A stretch of DNA of 63,620 bases, filler included, from Octopus bimaculoides (Eukaryota), in assembly GCF_001194135.2 (NCBI RefSeq). It is 7 parts of 6 records of this genome, joined end to end, with 100 filler letters (N's around TTAATTAATTAA, not from the genome) between each part and the next. Parts side by side here need not be neighbours in the genome. Positions count along the whole stretch, not along the records: positions 20,802 to 44,826 come from NC_068991.1; positions 44,927 to 49,915 come from NC_068983.1; 5 more parts are not named here. The stretch is one strand, 5' to 3'. Positions 36,491 to 49,205 of this stretch are shown in pieces; within the stretch, counting starts at the first letter, position 1, and each line of letters opens with the position of its first letter. A program made the translations under genes and the position numbers. The notes beneath the pieces were generated by a model that searched no databases, had not been told where the DNA came from, and saw nothing but the letters and a program-made list of their open reading frames with translations.

Positions 36491-37886
36491 TGTCAACTGT
36501 TCACCAATACATCAAGCTGTTCCTGGAAAAAGGAAACAAAAACAATTTCAAATTTAAGCCTGAACATCCTATATGTGTGTGTGTGTGTGTGTGCATACAC
36601 ACACATGCATGTGCACATACACATATACATATGTGCATGCATATGCACACACCTGCATACAAACACACACACATTTACATATAAAATGGAATCTTCATCA
36701 ATCTTGGCAGTGAGTATTTTCAGTTGTTTGACAACTGAGTGACCTACACTTTGAATTGACATGTGAAATGACCACATATTGTACAGATATGTGAACTCTT
36801 AACATAATTCTCAATCACAATCAGTATGGAATAGCATGTGAAAGATCATATCCTTGAATTACAGGTATAATCTATGTGACAGACCTCTAAACAGTTTCTG
36901 TGTGTACACAATTTTTATTCACAATACTTGGATTAAATTGAGGTCATGACAAATACAATCACTCATGATGCTATGTAGTGGAATCAAACCTGTCACAATT
37001 GTGGAGAAAATTTCTCTACCATTCACTCCTACATAAATAATACACATTTAAATAAATCATATGCATATGTACATACCATACCTCTATACAAAATTCCTCA
37101 CTGACATATATATTTGATATGTATATGATATAGTCTTTTTTTGTTTTACTGGTTTGTCATTAGACTAGCAGTCTCAAGAGTATAAATTGATTATATGGAC
37201 CTCAAGTTGAGCTGAATTGTGCTGATGCTCTGAGCATGTGTGTGTGTGAGGAAAAAAGGGAATGATATTCAAAGTAATGGAAGGGGTGTATGTTCCTGTC
37301 ACATATGAGATGTTTAAAGTCAGAGCAATATTTTAATAGGTGATGAGATCAGTGATGTTCATCTCCTTGAAGCATGTTCAGAAATACCAAGATATTTAGA
37401 AAATTGGAGAGTTTTAATGCACTACACTATGTATGAGCATTCATTTACAGCCAAGTGCAATATATCCATCCATCTCTTTCGAAAGCAATTCTGATACCCA
37501 TTTTTTTAATGTAATAAAACTTTTGAAATAACTGATGGTGTTCTCTAATACTTTTAATACCGCATTCAGTGAGTTGAATTGAAAAAAGTTTTCCAAATGA
37601 ATGACATGATTATTTAATATGCTGATAAATGAAAATTGCTGTTGAAGATATTTTATATGAAAATAAGTGATTTAATTAGAACCTCTATATTTCACTGTCA
37701 GTATTTTATACTCAGAAAATTGAATGCATTTATAAAAAAATATACATTAGAAAGGAGAAAGTAATTTGTGTTGTGTCTATAAATTATGTATTTAAACATT
37801 TTTCTTTTTTTAGCAGTATTACGCTACATAACTAAGGAGACACTTTCTTTAGTACATTGTTATAATTTTTATGTTCTATTTTTCAG

Positions 37887-40800
37887 CAACATACTTTTGA
37901 AGACAAGTCAGGACATGATCAAGCAAATCTTCAGTTTTTCACCTCTGACCAAAGACAAAGAAAAGAAAACAATAAAGACAGTGATAATAAAGAAAAGAAG
38001 AATAACTGTAAGAAAATTCAATTTGATTCTAAAGAAAAATTTTTAGAAGAGAATAAAGTGACAACGGTGTTGTTAAAAGATTTGATAAAAGATACAAAGA
38101 CTAACTCTGAAACATCAACTGAAATTTCTGAAGAAATTCAGAAAGCAAACTTTGAAAATAACAGTGATAAGAAGGCTGGAGTATCTCCAGTTTGTGAAGA
38201 GAAAATGAATGACACAAAAGTAACAGTTATAGCGGAGAGTTTTGTTAAAGACAAGATTTTGGATCAAGCAAAACCAACCATTCAAAGGTCAAAGATTACA
38301 ATTAAACTTACTGGTAAAACAGGCATAAAGCCACTTCAGTATCCTGTGTTGTCACCTTGGATGTCTACAAGTAAAATGCCTGATCCAAATAATGCCCAAT
38401 CAGCTAAAGTAAATTCTGACAAGAAAATGTGCTCAACTAAAGAAATTGAAAGCCAATTATCTCTTGATGACTTCTTGACATGTTCAAACAATCATGGTAG
38501 TGACCCAGTTGCTTCAGATATAGAGACTGAAGAAGAAAAAACTAACATTAAAATATCTAATCTGAACACTTGTAGACGATCAGCTGATACTTCCATTCTA
38601 CAAGAATCTATTGATAATAGTGAAAATAAAAAATCTCAGGAATTCTTACCAGATTCACACATGTCTACAACAATGCCTGTCTCTGTTTCCCAAGTGTCTG
38701 GTAGCTGTCTTCTTCCGATCAGTGTTTTAGCAACAACACCTTTCCCCACTTCCCCACCTGAAAGGAATTCCAGTAATGTTTTTGAGGGTACTGAAAGCTC
38801 TGATTTGTGTATTTCTCTAGCAGTTGACCAAAAATCAAGTAATGTGCACGAATCAAATAAAGAGAGTGAAACTAAGGTTATTTCTGAAAGCAAAAATGGA
38901 GCAAGAACTTTGTTGAGCCAACATAAAGGTACAATACAGGTGCCAGTATCCACTGGTGTCAAGTTCTTCACAAGAGATCTTGATAAGAGGCTCCTAGGGG
39001 TTGATTCTACTTCTCAGGTTTCTATGGGAAAAATAAACCATTCTTCTCCATCTGTTTTCCAGATTACAGAGACTAGTGATGCTAGTTTATATCAGACTGA
39101 TAAAGAAAACATCACTTTGCATTCTTCTGTCACTCTTGAAGGAAATCCAAGCAATGGCAGTCCCCCTATTATCCAAGAGACATCTCTGCTTGTAAACAAA
39201 GAACATTTCTCAAAAATATGCAGTAATAATGTCTCTGACCCTTTAGCAAGCAGTACTTCTACCTTATTTGATGAGATAAACTCTAAAAGTTGTTATAGCA
39301 TCTCTGCTTTACATTCTGAATTGTCATCTGTTCCTAGCAAACTCCAGTTGTCTGATAACTTTGAACTGCCAAGAAAAAATTCTGTTATGGTGACAGCACC
39401 TTCAAACCTCTCTGCAATCAACACAGGGGAAATAAAATCTGATCATTCTGCTATCTCTTCAGAATCAGATGCAAAAAACAATTGTATGGAAAAGAAGGAC
39501 AGTTGTTCTTTGGTAACATTGTTAAGCAATAGTGCTAGGTCTGATATGAGAACAGTTGATTCCAGTACAGTTGAGCAAAATATTTCTTTGATTCCTTTAC
39601 CAACTTCTATGAGCAGTTCTTTAGCTAATATATGGGATATTCCTCTCCCTTCTAATCTACAATCTGAGTGTCAACCCCCATCCCATGGTGTATTAATTCG
39701 AGAATCTGAACACAATTATGCTATCAGACTTATGGAAAATTCAGATGGTGTTTTGCACCCTATGAAAAGAGTTCCATTGCAACATGATGATAAAAATGTT
39801 GATAGTGATGATAGCAACAACGATATAAGTAATAACAGCTGGAAAGCACAATCTTTTGTGGCCCAAGCATATTTATCACATAGCCAGTCTGATGATGACG
39901 GAGAGACAAGTCAACTGAGTATCTCATCAGAAAATGACTCTAACAATTCTCTTCCCCAGCAGTGTTCTCAGTCTTCAGAGAGTAATGATACCATTTCTCC
40001 ACCAGTTCTAGAAGCAGAAGGAAGACAAAGCTGTCTAATTCCAAATGAGGATTTAAGCAACAATGACTCACCTCCGCCCCTTACTGCTGAAGTACCCTGT
40101 CTCTCACCTAGTGTCTCACTGCCATGTTCCACATCATCTGTGATACCAGTAACTCTGATTTGCAATCCACCTTGTGAGAGTAAAACTTTACTTACTACAC
40201 CAAACACATTGTCTATTGACAACACATCATTGCTGAATAACATGTCAATTCTTAACTTAGATTCAGTTATTAGGAGTCAAGCTAAGACATATTCTTCTAA
40301 TGACAGGAATGTAAAAAGTATTAAAAAAGTGGTTCTTTTGAAAAAGCCAGTGCAAAATATTCCTTCTCGCCATCTACGTACATCCCGAAAATCTCGATCA
40401 AAACAAAATGATGTGAAACTTTTAAAAGTAGATAAGGTAGATCAAGAAAAAATCATTGTAAAAGTTACATCACGCACATCAGAAGGTGTACCTGTGATAA
40501 GCCTGACACCAGCAACATCAACAGCAAGTTATACCACATCAGATCTCTCATCTTCATCAGTTGCAACTACTTCATCTTGTGGTTCAAACTTTACAGAAAT
40601 CTCTGAAACTGAAACTGCTGATAGCTCATTACTAGAAGCAGCTGCTAAAAAGGCAGAAACACTACCCAAAATGTTCATGCCTACAGTAGTCCTTCATGAT
40701 ATTAAATACACAATGGGTAAGGATTTATCTCCAATGGCAACTATTCCTTCATCTATAGAGAACATTCCAATCTTTGATTCTGAAAATGATGATTCTGACA

Positions 40801-41268
40801 GTGATGTAAAATTTGAATCACCAAAGAAGTCGTTTGAGTCACAACGCCAGCTTGAAATTGAGTCACCTTCAAAAACTGCAGAAACATTTGATCCATACAT
40901 GTTTCTGAACAGACCTACAAAACCTTCTATACCGTCCTCTAGCTATAACACACAGTTGACAAATGAGAGCTCTACTTTATTTAGCATAGGTCCTTGTGGT
41001 ACTAGTGCTACTGGAAGAGTGACTGCAGATTCACTTCCATCTATTGACAATCAGTCAATGATAAGTAACATGTTTGATGTAACTGATTGTAAGTTTGCTT
41101 TTCCTGATGTTTTCTTAGAGAATGGTGAGCCTGAAACACCTCCAAAAATATCAAATGTTGATGTACTAGGCCCTGGACTTCCTTTTGAAACATCTAGTAA
41201 AAGCAATATTGCTCTTGGTTTGGATATCTTGAATGAGTTTTATACAGTTGAGGGAACTGAAGATTCAG
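37887..41268 (+). CDS. Giant internal coding exon (3,382 nt); S/T/D/E-rich low-complexity segment of a probable nuclear or chromatin protein
   Basis: Acceptor ttttatgttctatttttcag| is in frame (57 codons upstream) with the 1071-aa ORF. No stops, repeats or microsatellites. Phase-1 donor CAG|GTTAAT lies just before the in-frame TAA. No folded domain recognised. Confidence 0.85.
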
Positions 41269-43659
41269 GTTAATACTCTTATCAGTGGGATAGATAATCG
41301 GTGATTAAAATTTTTCTCTCAAACTTTTTGTCTGTATAAGTCTATTATTATAACCTCTTGCAATAGATAGTATATTAGGCACAGATAATTTTTTATATTA
41401 AGTTATAAGATATTTTGTTCCTGCCTTTTGATATTGTTATTAATCATCATCATCATCATCAATAACAATAACATCGCGGTTGATATTCTAAATATTTTGT
41501 TCTTTTTTAGCTAGAATCATCAGATTCCATTATAAAAATATTTTTGTTGCAAATATGTTAGAAAATTATTCTTTGGTTCTACTACATTGAACTCATGAAT
41601 TTTATCACAGTTTTTCCTATATTTCTGAGAGAAAATACTGCTTGTTTTTAAAGTGATTAACTGCCTTAACTACACTTCTTTCATCAACTTCAAGCCCTGG
41701 GTGCTAGGTTATTTTGTAGCCAGGATGGTAACCCTAAAAACTTATGCTTCCCTAGGATTAAACTATCAGCTCTTTGGGGATTGGTTTTAGTATGTGTAAT
41801 TTGCTGAGAGACATCTTGAATAGTTGGTAGGGGATTGCCATATATTAATCTTGTTCACTCAGAAATAAGAAAAAGTTGTGAACAACAAGTTAGGTTGGAA
41901 TGTACAGTAGGTTGTCTAAAAGGCAGGTTATATAAGAAATATATGAAAAGTTTAATGTAAAAGAAATCTTACTGGTGAAGTAATTAATTCCTGAAAGATT
42001 ACTGGTAGTAATTATGTTATAATTATATCCTCTTAGTTTAGTGATTTGTATTAACCAGACATATTGTATACTAGTTATTGAGGCTAACTAGAAATTTTTA
42101 TGAGAGCCTTATTAAACAATGGAAGCAATAAGATATGCAATTCTTTAAACGATTTGAGCAGTAATGAATAATTACCTTTTTTAGGTTAAAATATTTTCTA
42201 AATATTGGTGAAATTACACATGGAGTTCTTCAAAATTATGTTTCATCAGGTTTCTCCTTAACTGTCAGTATTCACTTAATTCTTGTTTTATTCCTCATTT
42301 TCTTCTTTTTGTTCTGTTACCTCCATGAAACTGTTCAGCACATGCAGAGGTTTTAGCCAGTATCCATATAATTGCTGTCAACTCAAAACTTCAACTTTAC
42401 ATGAAGTATTTATTTAAGTATGTATCTATTTGTCATTAATAACTGATTATCTTAAAATTTAAAAAAAGGACTGAGATACAAGTTTCAATTTCCTTAACAA
42501 ATCAGTTACCATTTTGTTGTTACCAAGAATTGAGGCAATACTCTACTGTACAAAAAATGATTTTTAACTCAAAACATAATAGCTAACAAAACAACTACTG
42601 GATTTCCTATTTCATTGACGAAACCGAGTAGATAATTATTTGAAAAACCAATGATACAACTTTCCATCTACAAAACCTATATGTATATACACTGAAATAT
42701 AGATATTTTTTTGTCTGTACAAAATCATGAATTAAAAGCAATCACCAAATCTTCTTTAATTATGCATGTTTCTTTTTTTCATCAAAGTTCATTTTTACCA
42801 ATTATTGCATTTTAATCATAAATTTTTGCCTATTCTGTAACTATTTGTAGTCTCCTCATCGAAAAATAGAACAAAAAAGTATTCACAACATACTTATCAA
42901 AATTGTAACATCTGGTGTATTTTTTTTTTTTTTTTNNNNNNNNNNNNNNNNNNNNNNNNNNNNNNNNNNNNNNNNNNNNNNNNNNNNNNNNNNNNNNNNN
43001 NNNNNNNNNNNNNNNNNNNNNNNNNNNNNNNNNNNNNNNNNNNNNNNNNNNNNNNNNNNNNNNNNNNNNNNNNNNNNNNNNNNNNNNNNNNNNNNNNNNN
43101 NNNNNNNNNNNNNNNNNNNNNNNNNNNNNNNNNNNNNNNNNNNNNNNNNNNNNNNNNNNNNNNNNNNNNNNNNNNNNNNNNNNNNNNNNNNNNNNNNNNN
43201 NNNNNNNNNNNNNNNNNNNNNNNNNNNNNNNNNNNNNNNNNNNNNNNNNNNNNNNNNNNNNNNNNNNNNNNNNNNNNNNNNNNNNNNNNNNNNNNNNNNN
43301 NNNNNNNNNNNNNNNNNNNNNNNNNNNNNNNNNNNNNNNNNNNNNNNNNNNNNNNNNNNNNNNNNNNNNNNNNNNNNNNNNNNNNNNNNNNNNNNNNNNN
43401 NNNNNNNNNNNNNNNNNNNNNNNNNNNNNNNNNNNNNNNNNNNNNNNNNNNNNNNNNNNNNNNNNNNNNNNNNNNNNNNNNNNNNNNNNNNNNNNNNNNN
43501 NNNNNNNNNNNNNNNNNNNNNNNNNNNNNNNNNNNNNNNNNNNNNNNNNNNNNNNNNNNNNNNNNNNNNNNNNNNNNNNNNNNNNNNNNNNNNNNNNNNN
43601 NNNNNNNNNNNNNNNNNNNNNNNNNNNNNNNNNNNNNNNNNNNNNNNNNNNNNNNNNNA

Positions 43660-44807
43660 AGAACTCTTTTGTTTGGGACTCCAAGAAACTTCCTACAGCG
43701 TCTATGACGTCATTGTCACTGGCAAAATGGCGACCAGCCAGGGCTTTTTTCATTTTTGGAAATAGATGAAAGTCAGAGGGGGCTAAGTCTGATGAATAAG
43801 GCGGATGGGGAACAAGTTCGTATCTACAATCACGAATTGTTGCCATGGCAACCACTGAGGTGTGGGCTGGAGCATTGTCGTGATGAAAAAGGACCCCTCT
43901 GGTGAGCATTCCCGGCCTCTTTTCTTTGATTGCTTCTCGGAGGCGTTTCAGTAGCTGAGAATAATACAGCCCTGTCAAAGTGTAACCATTTTCATGGTAA
44001 TCGATCAGCAAGACACCTTGAGAGTCCCCAAAAACAGACGCCATGACCTTGCCAGCAGAAGGAATGACCCTGGCCTTCTTTGGGGTAGGAGATGTGTGCT
44101 TCCACTGGTTCGATTGTTCTTTGGTTTCAGGCTGGTAGTGATGGACCCAACTTTCGTCCATAGTAATGAAACGAGCAAGAAAATTCTCTTCATCAGCTTC
44201 AAACAGTTCCAGATTGCTTGTGGACAAAGTGCACCTGGTGCGTTTATGTTCAGGAGTCAAAAGGCGAGGGACTCACATTGCAGAAACCTTTGGGAACCCA
44301 AGTTCTTTTGTCAGAATGTTGTCTACTCTTTCAGTTGAAATGCCCAGTCTCTCGGCTATCTGACGACATGATATTCAGCGATCTTGTATTATCATACCAA
44401 GAGGAAGGTCAAGGTTGTCCTTGGTGGTTGCAGTTAGAGGTCTCCCTGGTCTTGGATCATCTTCCACACTCTCCCTACCACGCTTGAATTAATTTACCCA
44501 GTGTTTGACTGTTGCATATGAAGGAGCATTGTCTATTAAGGTTCTCACCATATCTTCATGGATTTCTGATGGAGTCATGCCTTTCAAATGAAGGTACTTT
44601 ATGACAGCACGATACTCAGTTTTCTCCATTTTCTTTGTAAATTCGAAGCTTGTTTTTTCAAAATCTGCAACAAAAAAAAAAAATATATCAGAATCATGAA
44701 AATGAGGAAGAATACTCCGAAAAGACTGTACTTAGCAGAAAAAATTGTTTCAACTATATAGCAGCCCCGATTCTAGGTTAGGCTCAAAACTTTTCAGACA
44801 CCCCTCG
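43660..44807 (-). mobile_element. Mariner (DD34D) transposon, pseudogenised; right part lost in a gap
   Basis: TA-CGAGGGGTGTCTGAAAAGTTTTGAGCCT TIR; ATG at 44629 (MEKTEYRAVIKYLHLKG); ITMDESW, HHDNAPAH-34-D, PHPPYSSDLAPSDF; three in-frame stops in the N-terminal third. Confidence 0.93.
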
Positions 44808-44929
44808 TATATATATATATATATATNNNNNNNNNNNNNNNNNNNNNNNNNNNNNNNNNNNNNNNNNNNNTTAATTAATTAANNNNNNNNNNNNNNNNNN
44901 NNNNNNNNNNNNNNNNNNNNNNNNNNATA

Positions 44930-45960
44930 TATACGGGGTGCATTCTGGAATATTTGAGACTTTTTTTAGGAGAAGCAGTTATAACTGTCCCAGATTAGTG
45001 TGATTTTAGCATATCATTATTATACATCTAATAAACTGACCTACCAACTTTTGTTATTCCAGATTGATGGAAATTACTACCAGCACCTTAAACACTACTT
45101 GTTACAGCTGACTAGTTTGTCTAATGCAAGTCGGGACGTGAGGACAGTTTAGAAGCTACGAAATAATGTTTCGTGTTAAACTTACCAAAAACGCTGCAGA
45201 AACCTATGAAACGCTCCAGACGAATGCATTTATATGAGCGTGCATCTGCTTTTCGTCAACACAAGAGGCCAGACAAAGTTGCTGGTACTCCGTCGCTTAC
45301 GACGTTGAGGGTTCCAGTTGATCCCAACAACGGAACAGCCTGCTCGTGAAATTAACGTACAAGTGGCTGAGCACTCCACAGACACGTGTACCCTTAACGT
45401 AGTTCTCGGGGATATTCAGCGTGACACAGTGTGACAAGGCTGACCCTTTGAATTACAGGCACAACAGAAACAGGAATTAAGAGTGAGAGAAAGTTGTGGC
45501 GGAAGAGTACAGCAGGGTTCGCCACCATCCCTTGCCGGAGCCTCATGGAGCTATAGGTGTTTTCGCTCAATAAACACTCACAACGCCCGGTCTGGGAATC
45601 TAAACCGCGATCCTATGACCGCGAGTCCGCTGCCCTAACCACTGGGCCATTGCGCCTCCACAGGCCAGACAAAGTAAGTCCACCGGAAAGCACACGACGT
45701 CCTCCTTTTCCAATAGCAACGGTATCATTTACATCCACTGGGTTTCCTCTCATCAGACGGTCAGTAAAGAGTAAGGCCAGGGCACCTGAACCAGTACAAT
45801 GCACCAGTTCACAATTCCGTGTCTATTTGAAAGAGCTGGGCATCAAAATTATTCCTCACTCTCCTTACAGTCTAGACACTTTCTTCTTGTAACATTTGGA
45901 TGTTCGTAAAGCTGAGGGAGAAGATGAAAGCGGTTGTAACAAAGGTCTCTTCACTTTGAA
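44930..45960 (+). mobile_element. Decayed, deleted mariner remnant hosting a SINE
   Basis: KLTKNAAETYETLQ (HTH start) and IIPHSPYSLD (YSPDL motif). Confidence 0.65.
45280..45661 (-). mobile_element. Full-length tRNA-derived SINE, family D, with perfect 14-bp TSD
   Basis: AGGCCAGACAAAGT at 45266-79 and 45662-75; head GTGGAGGCGCAATGGCCCAGTGGTTAGGGCAGCGGACTCG resembles tRNA-Arg(TCG). Confidence 0.92.
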
Positions 45961-46366
45961 GAGCAACCATGGGACCTTCGCAATGTGGCTGGAGCGCGAG
46001 AGCAAGTGCATTGATGTTAAAAGATTCTGCTTTGAAGGAGATTAGAGTTTTGTACTACTTTGAAATTAATAAATGCCTCTCGAAGAAGACTGGAATCACC
46101 TGGAATGCACCTTGCGTGTATATGCATACATATTATACGTCATGCACACACACGCACACACACGCACACACACATACATACACATACATATGTAAGTGTG
46201 TTTGTTTGTGTGTGTATTTATATACGTATGAATATATATATATATATAAAAGTCCACTTTTGCTGGTCATTCCTCTTATTTTTGTATGTAATATAATTTT
46301 AATCTTCGGATTTTTTTAATATGCTAGACCACTGGTTTTAATTGATTAATATCAATTTCTACCCTC

Positions 46367-46408
<42 letters not shown>

Positions 46409-46473
46409 CATACATACATAGTTACATGATCACAATCTAAGTCCTCAATAAATATTGCAGAGTGATTTTATAT

Positions 46474-46905
46474 AGGTGCAGGCGCAGTTGCGTGGTAAGA
46501 AGCTTGCTTCACAACCATATGATTCCGGATTCAGTCCCACTGCGTGGCACCTTGGGCAAGTGTTTTCTGCTATAGCTTCGGGTCGACCAAAGGCCTGTGA
46601 GTGGATTTGGTAGACGGAAACTGAAAGAATTCCGTCGTGTGTATATATATATAGATGTATATATATCTATATGTGTGTGTCTTTGTGTCTATTAGTTGTC
46701 CCCCCTCACCAATCGCCGCTTGACAACCGGTGTTGGTGTGTTTCGATCCCTGTAATTTAGTGGTTCGTCAAAAGGCACTGATAGACTAAGTACTAGGCTT
46801 AAGAAGTTAGTCACGGGGTGGATTTGTTCAACTAGAAGCCGTCAAGGCGGTGCTTCAGTATGGCCGTAGTCAAATGGCGGAAACAAGTAAAAGTATAAAA
46901 GAATA
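46474..46905 (+). mobile_element. SINE family A, full length
   Basis: Head, short (TA)/(TG) core and 3' half all present. Confidence 0.88.
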
Positions 46906-47039
46906 TATAGATGTATGTATGTCCACCTTCTCTTTATAATTTAGCGTAAATTTTCCCCGGTCACCAACTTGCTAGCAAAGTCATGAAGGAATGTATCTTG
47001 ATTTAACTGTCAGCTTTTAAATATCAACATCTTGCAGAT

Positions 47040-47360
47040 TGTTATAGTCCCAGATGTCGTAATAGTTTCTAGCATATGAATTAAGGATTTGCATTCACTC
47101 TCCAAGATTCCAATTTCAGACATGCTTTGCTCCAGATGGAAGGTTAGTGTCCTGTTGCTCCAGTATGGAGCTCAAAGTGTATCTTGGGTACTGGATTTGC
47201 AAACCCCTTATCAATGGTTCATAAATGTCCTTTTTCTTTTGTATTTTTCTAACTATATTCATGTCTCGTGGGTAACTGATTTCCACAGCTGAACATATCT
47301 GTTGTTTGTGGCCCCACACAGCGATATCTGGCCGGTTGTTTTTTAACTTGGTGGCTGTAT
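47040..47360 (-). mobile_element. RLE-clade non-LTR retrotransposon C-terminal fragment
   Basis: NNRPDIAVWGHKQQICSAVEISYP..KKKDIY (PD-x-E-K restriction-like endonuclease). A 54-bp piece recurs at 47984-48036. Confidence 0.75.
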
Positions 47361-47554
47361 ATATGCACACACACACACACAAACACACACACGTATACAA
47401 ATACATATATACATATACATATATATGTGTGTGTATATATATATTATATGTAAATATATTATATATATTATATGTATATATTGTATATGTAAATATATAT
47501 ATGTATATATATATGCATATATATACACACGTGCGTATATCTATATCTATCTAT

Positions 47555-47595
<41 letters not shown>

Positions 47596-47605
47596 NNNNN
47601 NNNNN

Positions 47606-47639
<34 letters not shown>

Positions 47640-47732
47640 GTATACACACATGCACACATACATACATATGTGTATGATATCTGTATGAATATATATATAT
47701 TGTTATGTGCGTATGTAAGTACGTATGTATAT

Positions 47733-47885
47733 GTGTGGCTGTGTGGTAAGAAGTTTGCTTCCTAACCACATGGTTCTGGGTTCAGTCCCCAGCGTGGCAT
47801 CTTGATCAAGTAACTTCTACTATAATTTCGGGCCGACCAAAGCTTTGCAAGTGGATTTGGTAGACAGAAACTGAAAGAAGCCGAT
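47733..47885 (+). mobile_element. SINE family A, 5' half
   Basis: gtggctgtgtggtaagaagtttgc..ggatttggtagacagaaactgaaagaagcc. Confidence 0.85.
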
Positions 47886-48039
47886 CTACATATATGTGTG
47901 TATATGTATATATCTATATATGTGTGTATGTATATATGTATATATGTATATATATATATATTTATATATCGTGATAATTTGCAGCATATGAATTAAGGAT
48001 TGTATTCTCTCTCCGAGATTCCAATTTCAGACATGCCCT

Positions 48040-48300
48040 TTGGTAAAATTTGGCACAATTATTTCACCTCAATTCGCCCGACTCTCTTTAACATTACACC
48101 AAAACACATTGAAGCAGAAACACACCCCATAAAGTTCAAGTAGTCTTTGGACAAATTCCTTCAAGAAATCCTGGCTAAACCTCCTACACCCTCTCTATTT
48201 CACTGCGCCACGTTGTTCCATTCCTGATTTGAATGACTTCGCCAAGTGGTGTTATTAAGTTAAACATGGCCTGGGCCAATACTGATCGAAACTTATCAAA
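48040..48300 (+). mobile_element. CR1-like LINE 3' end
   Basis: PTLFNITPKHI..FK*SLDKFLQEI..P resembles CR1 C-termini. Confidence 0.6.
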
Positions 48301-48929
48301 GTAAAATATATATGTATATATATTGTCATATATATTGTCATATATATATATANNNNNNNNNNNNNNNNNNNNNNNNNNNNNNNNNNNNNNNNNNNNNNNN
48401 NNNNNNNNNNNNNNNNNNNNNNNNNNNNNNNNNNNNNNNNNNNNNNNNNNNNNNNNNNNNNNNNNNNNNNNNNNNNNNNNNNNNNNNNNNNNNNNNNNNN
48501 NNNNNNNNNNNNNNNNNNNNNNNNNNNNNNNNNNNNNNNNNNNNNNNNNNNNNNNNNNNNNNNNNNNNNNNNNNNNNNNNNNNNNNNNNNNNNNNNNNNN
48601 NNNNNNNNNNNNNNNNNNNNNNNNNNNNNNNNNNNNNNNNNNNNNNNNNNNNNNNNNNNNNNNNNNNNNNNNNNNNNNNNNNNNNNNNNNNNNNNNNNNN
48701 NNNNNNNNNNNNNNNNNNNNNNNNNNNNNNNNNNNNNNNNNNNNNNNNNNNNNNNNNNNNNNNNNNNNNNNNNNNNNNNNNNNNNNNNNNNNNNNNNNNN
48801 NNNNNNNNNNNNNNNNNNNNNNNNNNNNNNNNNNNNNNNNNNNNNNNNNNNNNNNNNNNNNNNNNNNNNNNNNNNNNNNNNNNNNNNNNNNNNNNNNNNN
48901 NNNNNNNNNNNNNNNNNNNNNNNNNNNNN

Positions 48930-48964
<35 letters not shown>

Positions 48965-48974
48965 GACATATTAG

Positions 48975-49169
48975 GAGGCAAGTAGGCAGAAACGTTAGCA
49001 AGCCGAGTGAAGTATTTGGTGGTATTTCGTCTGTCCTTACGTTCTGAGTTCGGTTTTGCTTTCATCCTTTCGGGGTCAAAAAATTAAGTACCAGTATCGT
49101 ACTGGGATCGATCTAATCGATTGAGCCCCTCCCCCAAAATTTCGGAACTTATGCTCAGAGAAGAAAAGG

Positions 49170-49170
<1 letters not shown>
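48975..49170 (+). mobile_element. SINE family B
   Basis: ggcagaaacgttagc..gctttcatcctttcggggtc..gtaccagt..gggatcgatctaatcga. Confidence 0.8.

Positions 49171-49205
<35 letters not shown>

Noticed and set aside
36493-36540. Strong minus-strand acceptor tttcctttttccag|GAACAG
   Set aside because: Leads into the maT remnant with a stop within a few codons; likely the element's own leader.
38636-40900. Antisense ORFs inside the giant exon
   Set aside because: Short shadows of the + strand frame with no independent splice signals.
42830-44260. 476-aa ORF as a domesticated SETMAR-like transposase
   Set aside because: About half is N gap, and the upstream HTH region has three stops.
45580-45661. 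tRNA-Arg-like gene (also 62063 and 18641)
   Set aside because: No acceptor-stem closure; continues into a SINE body, and the 45280-45661 copy has a TSD.
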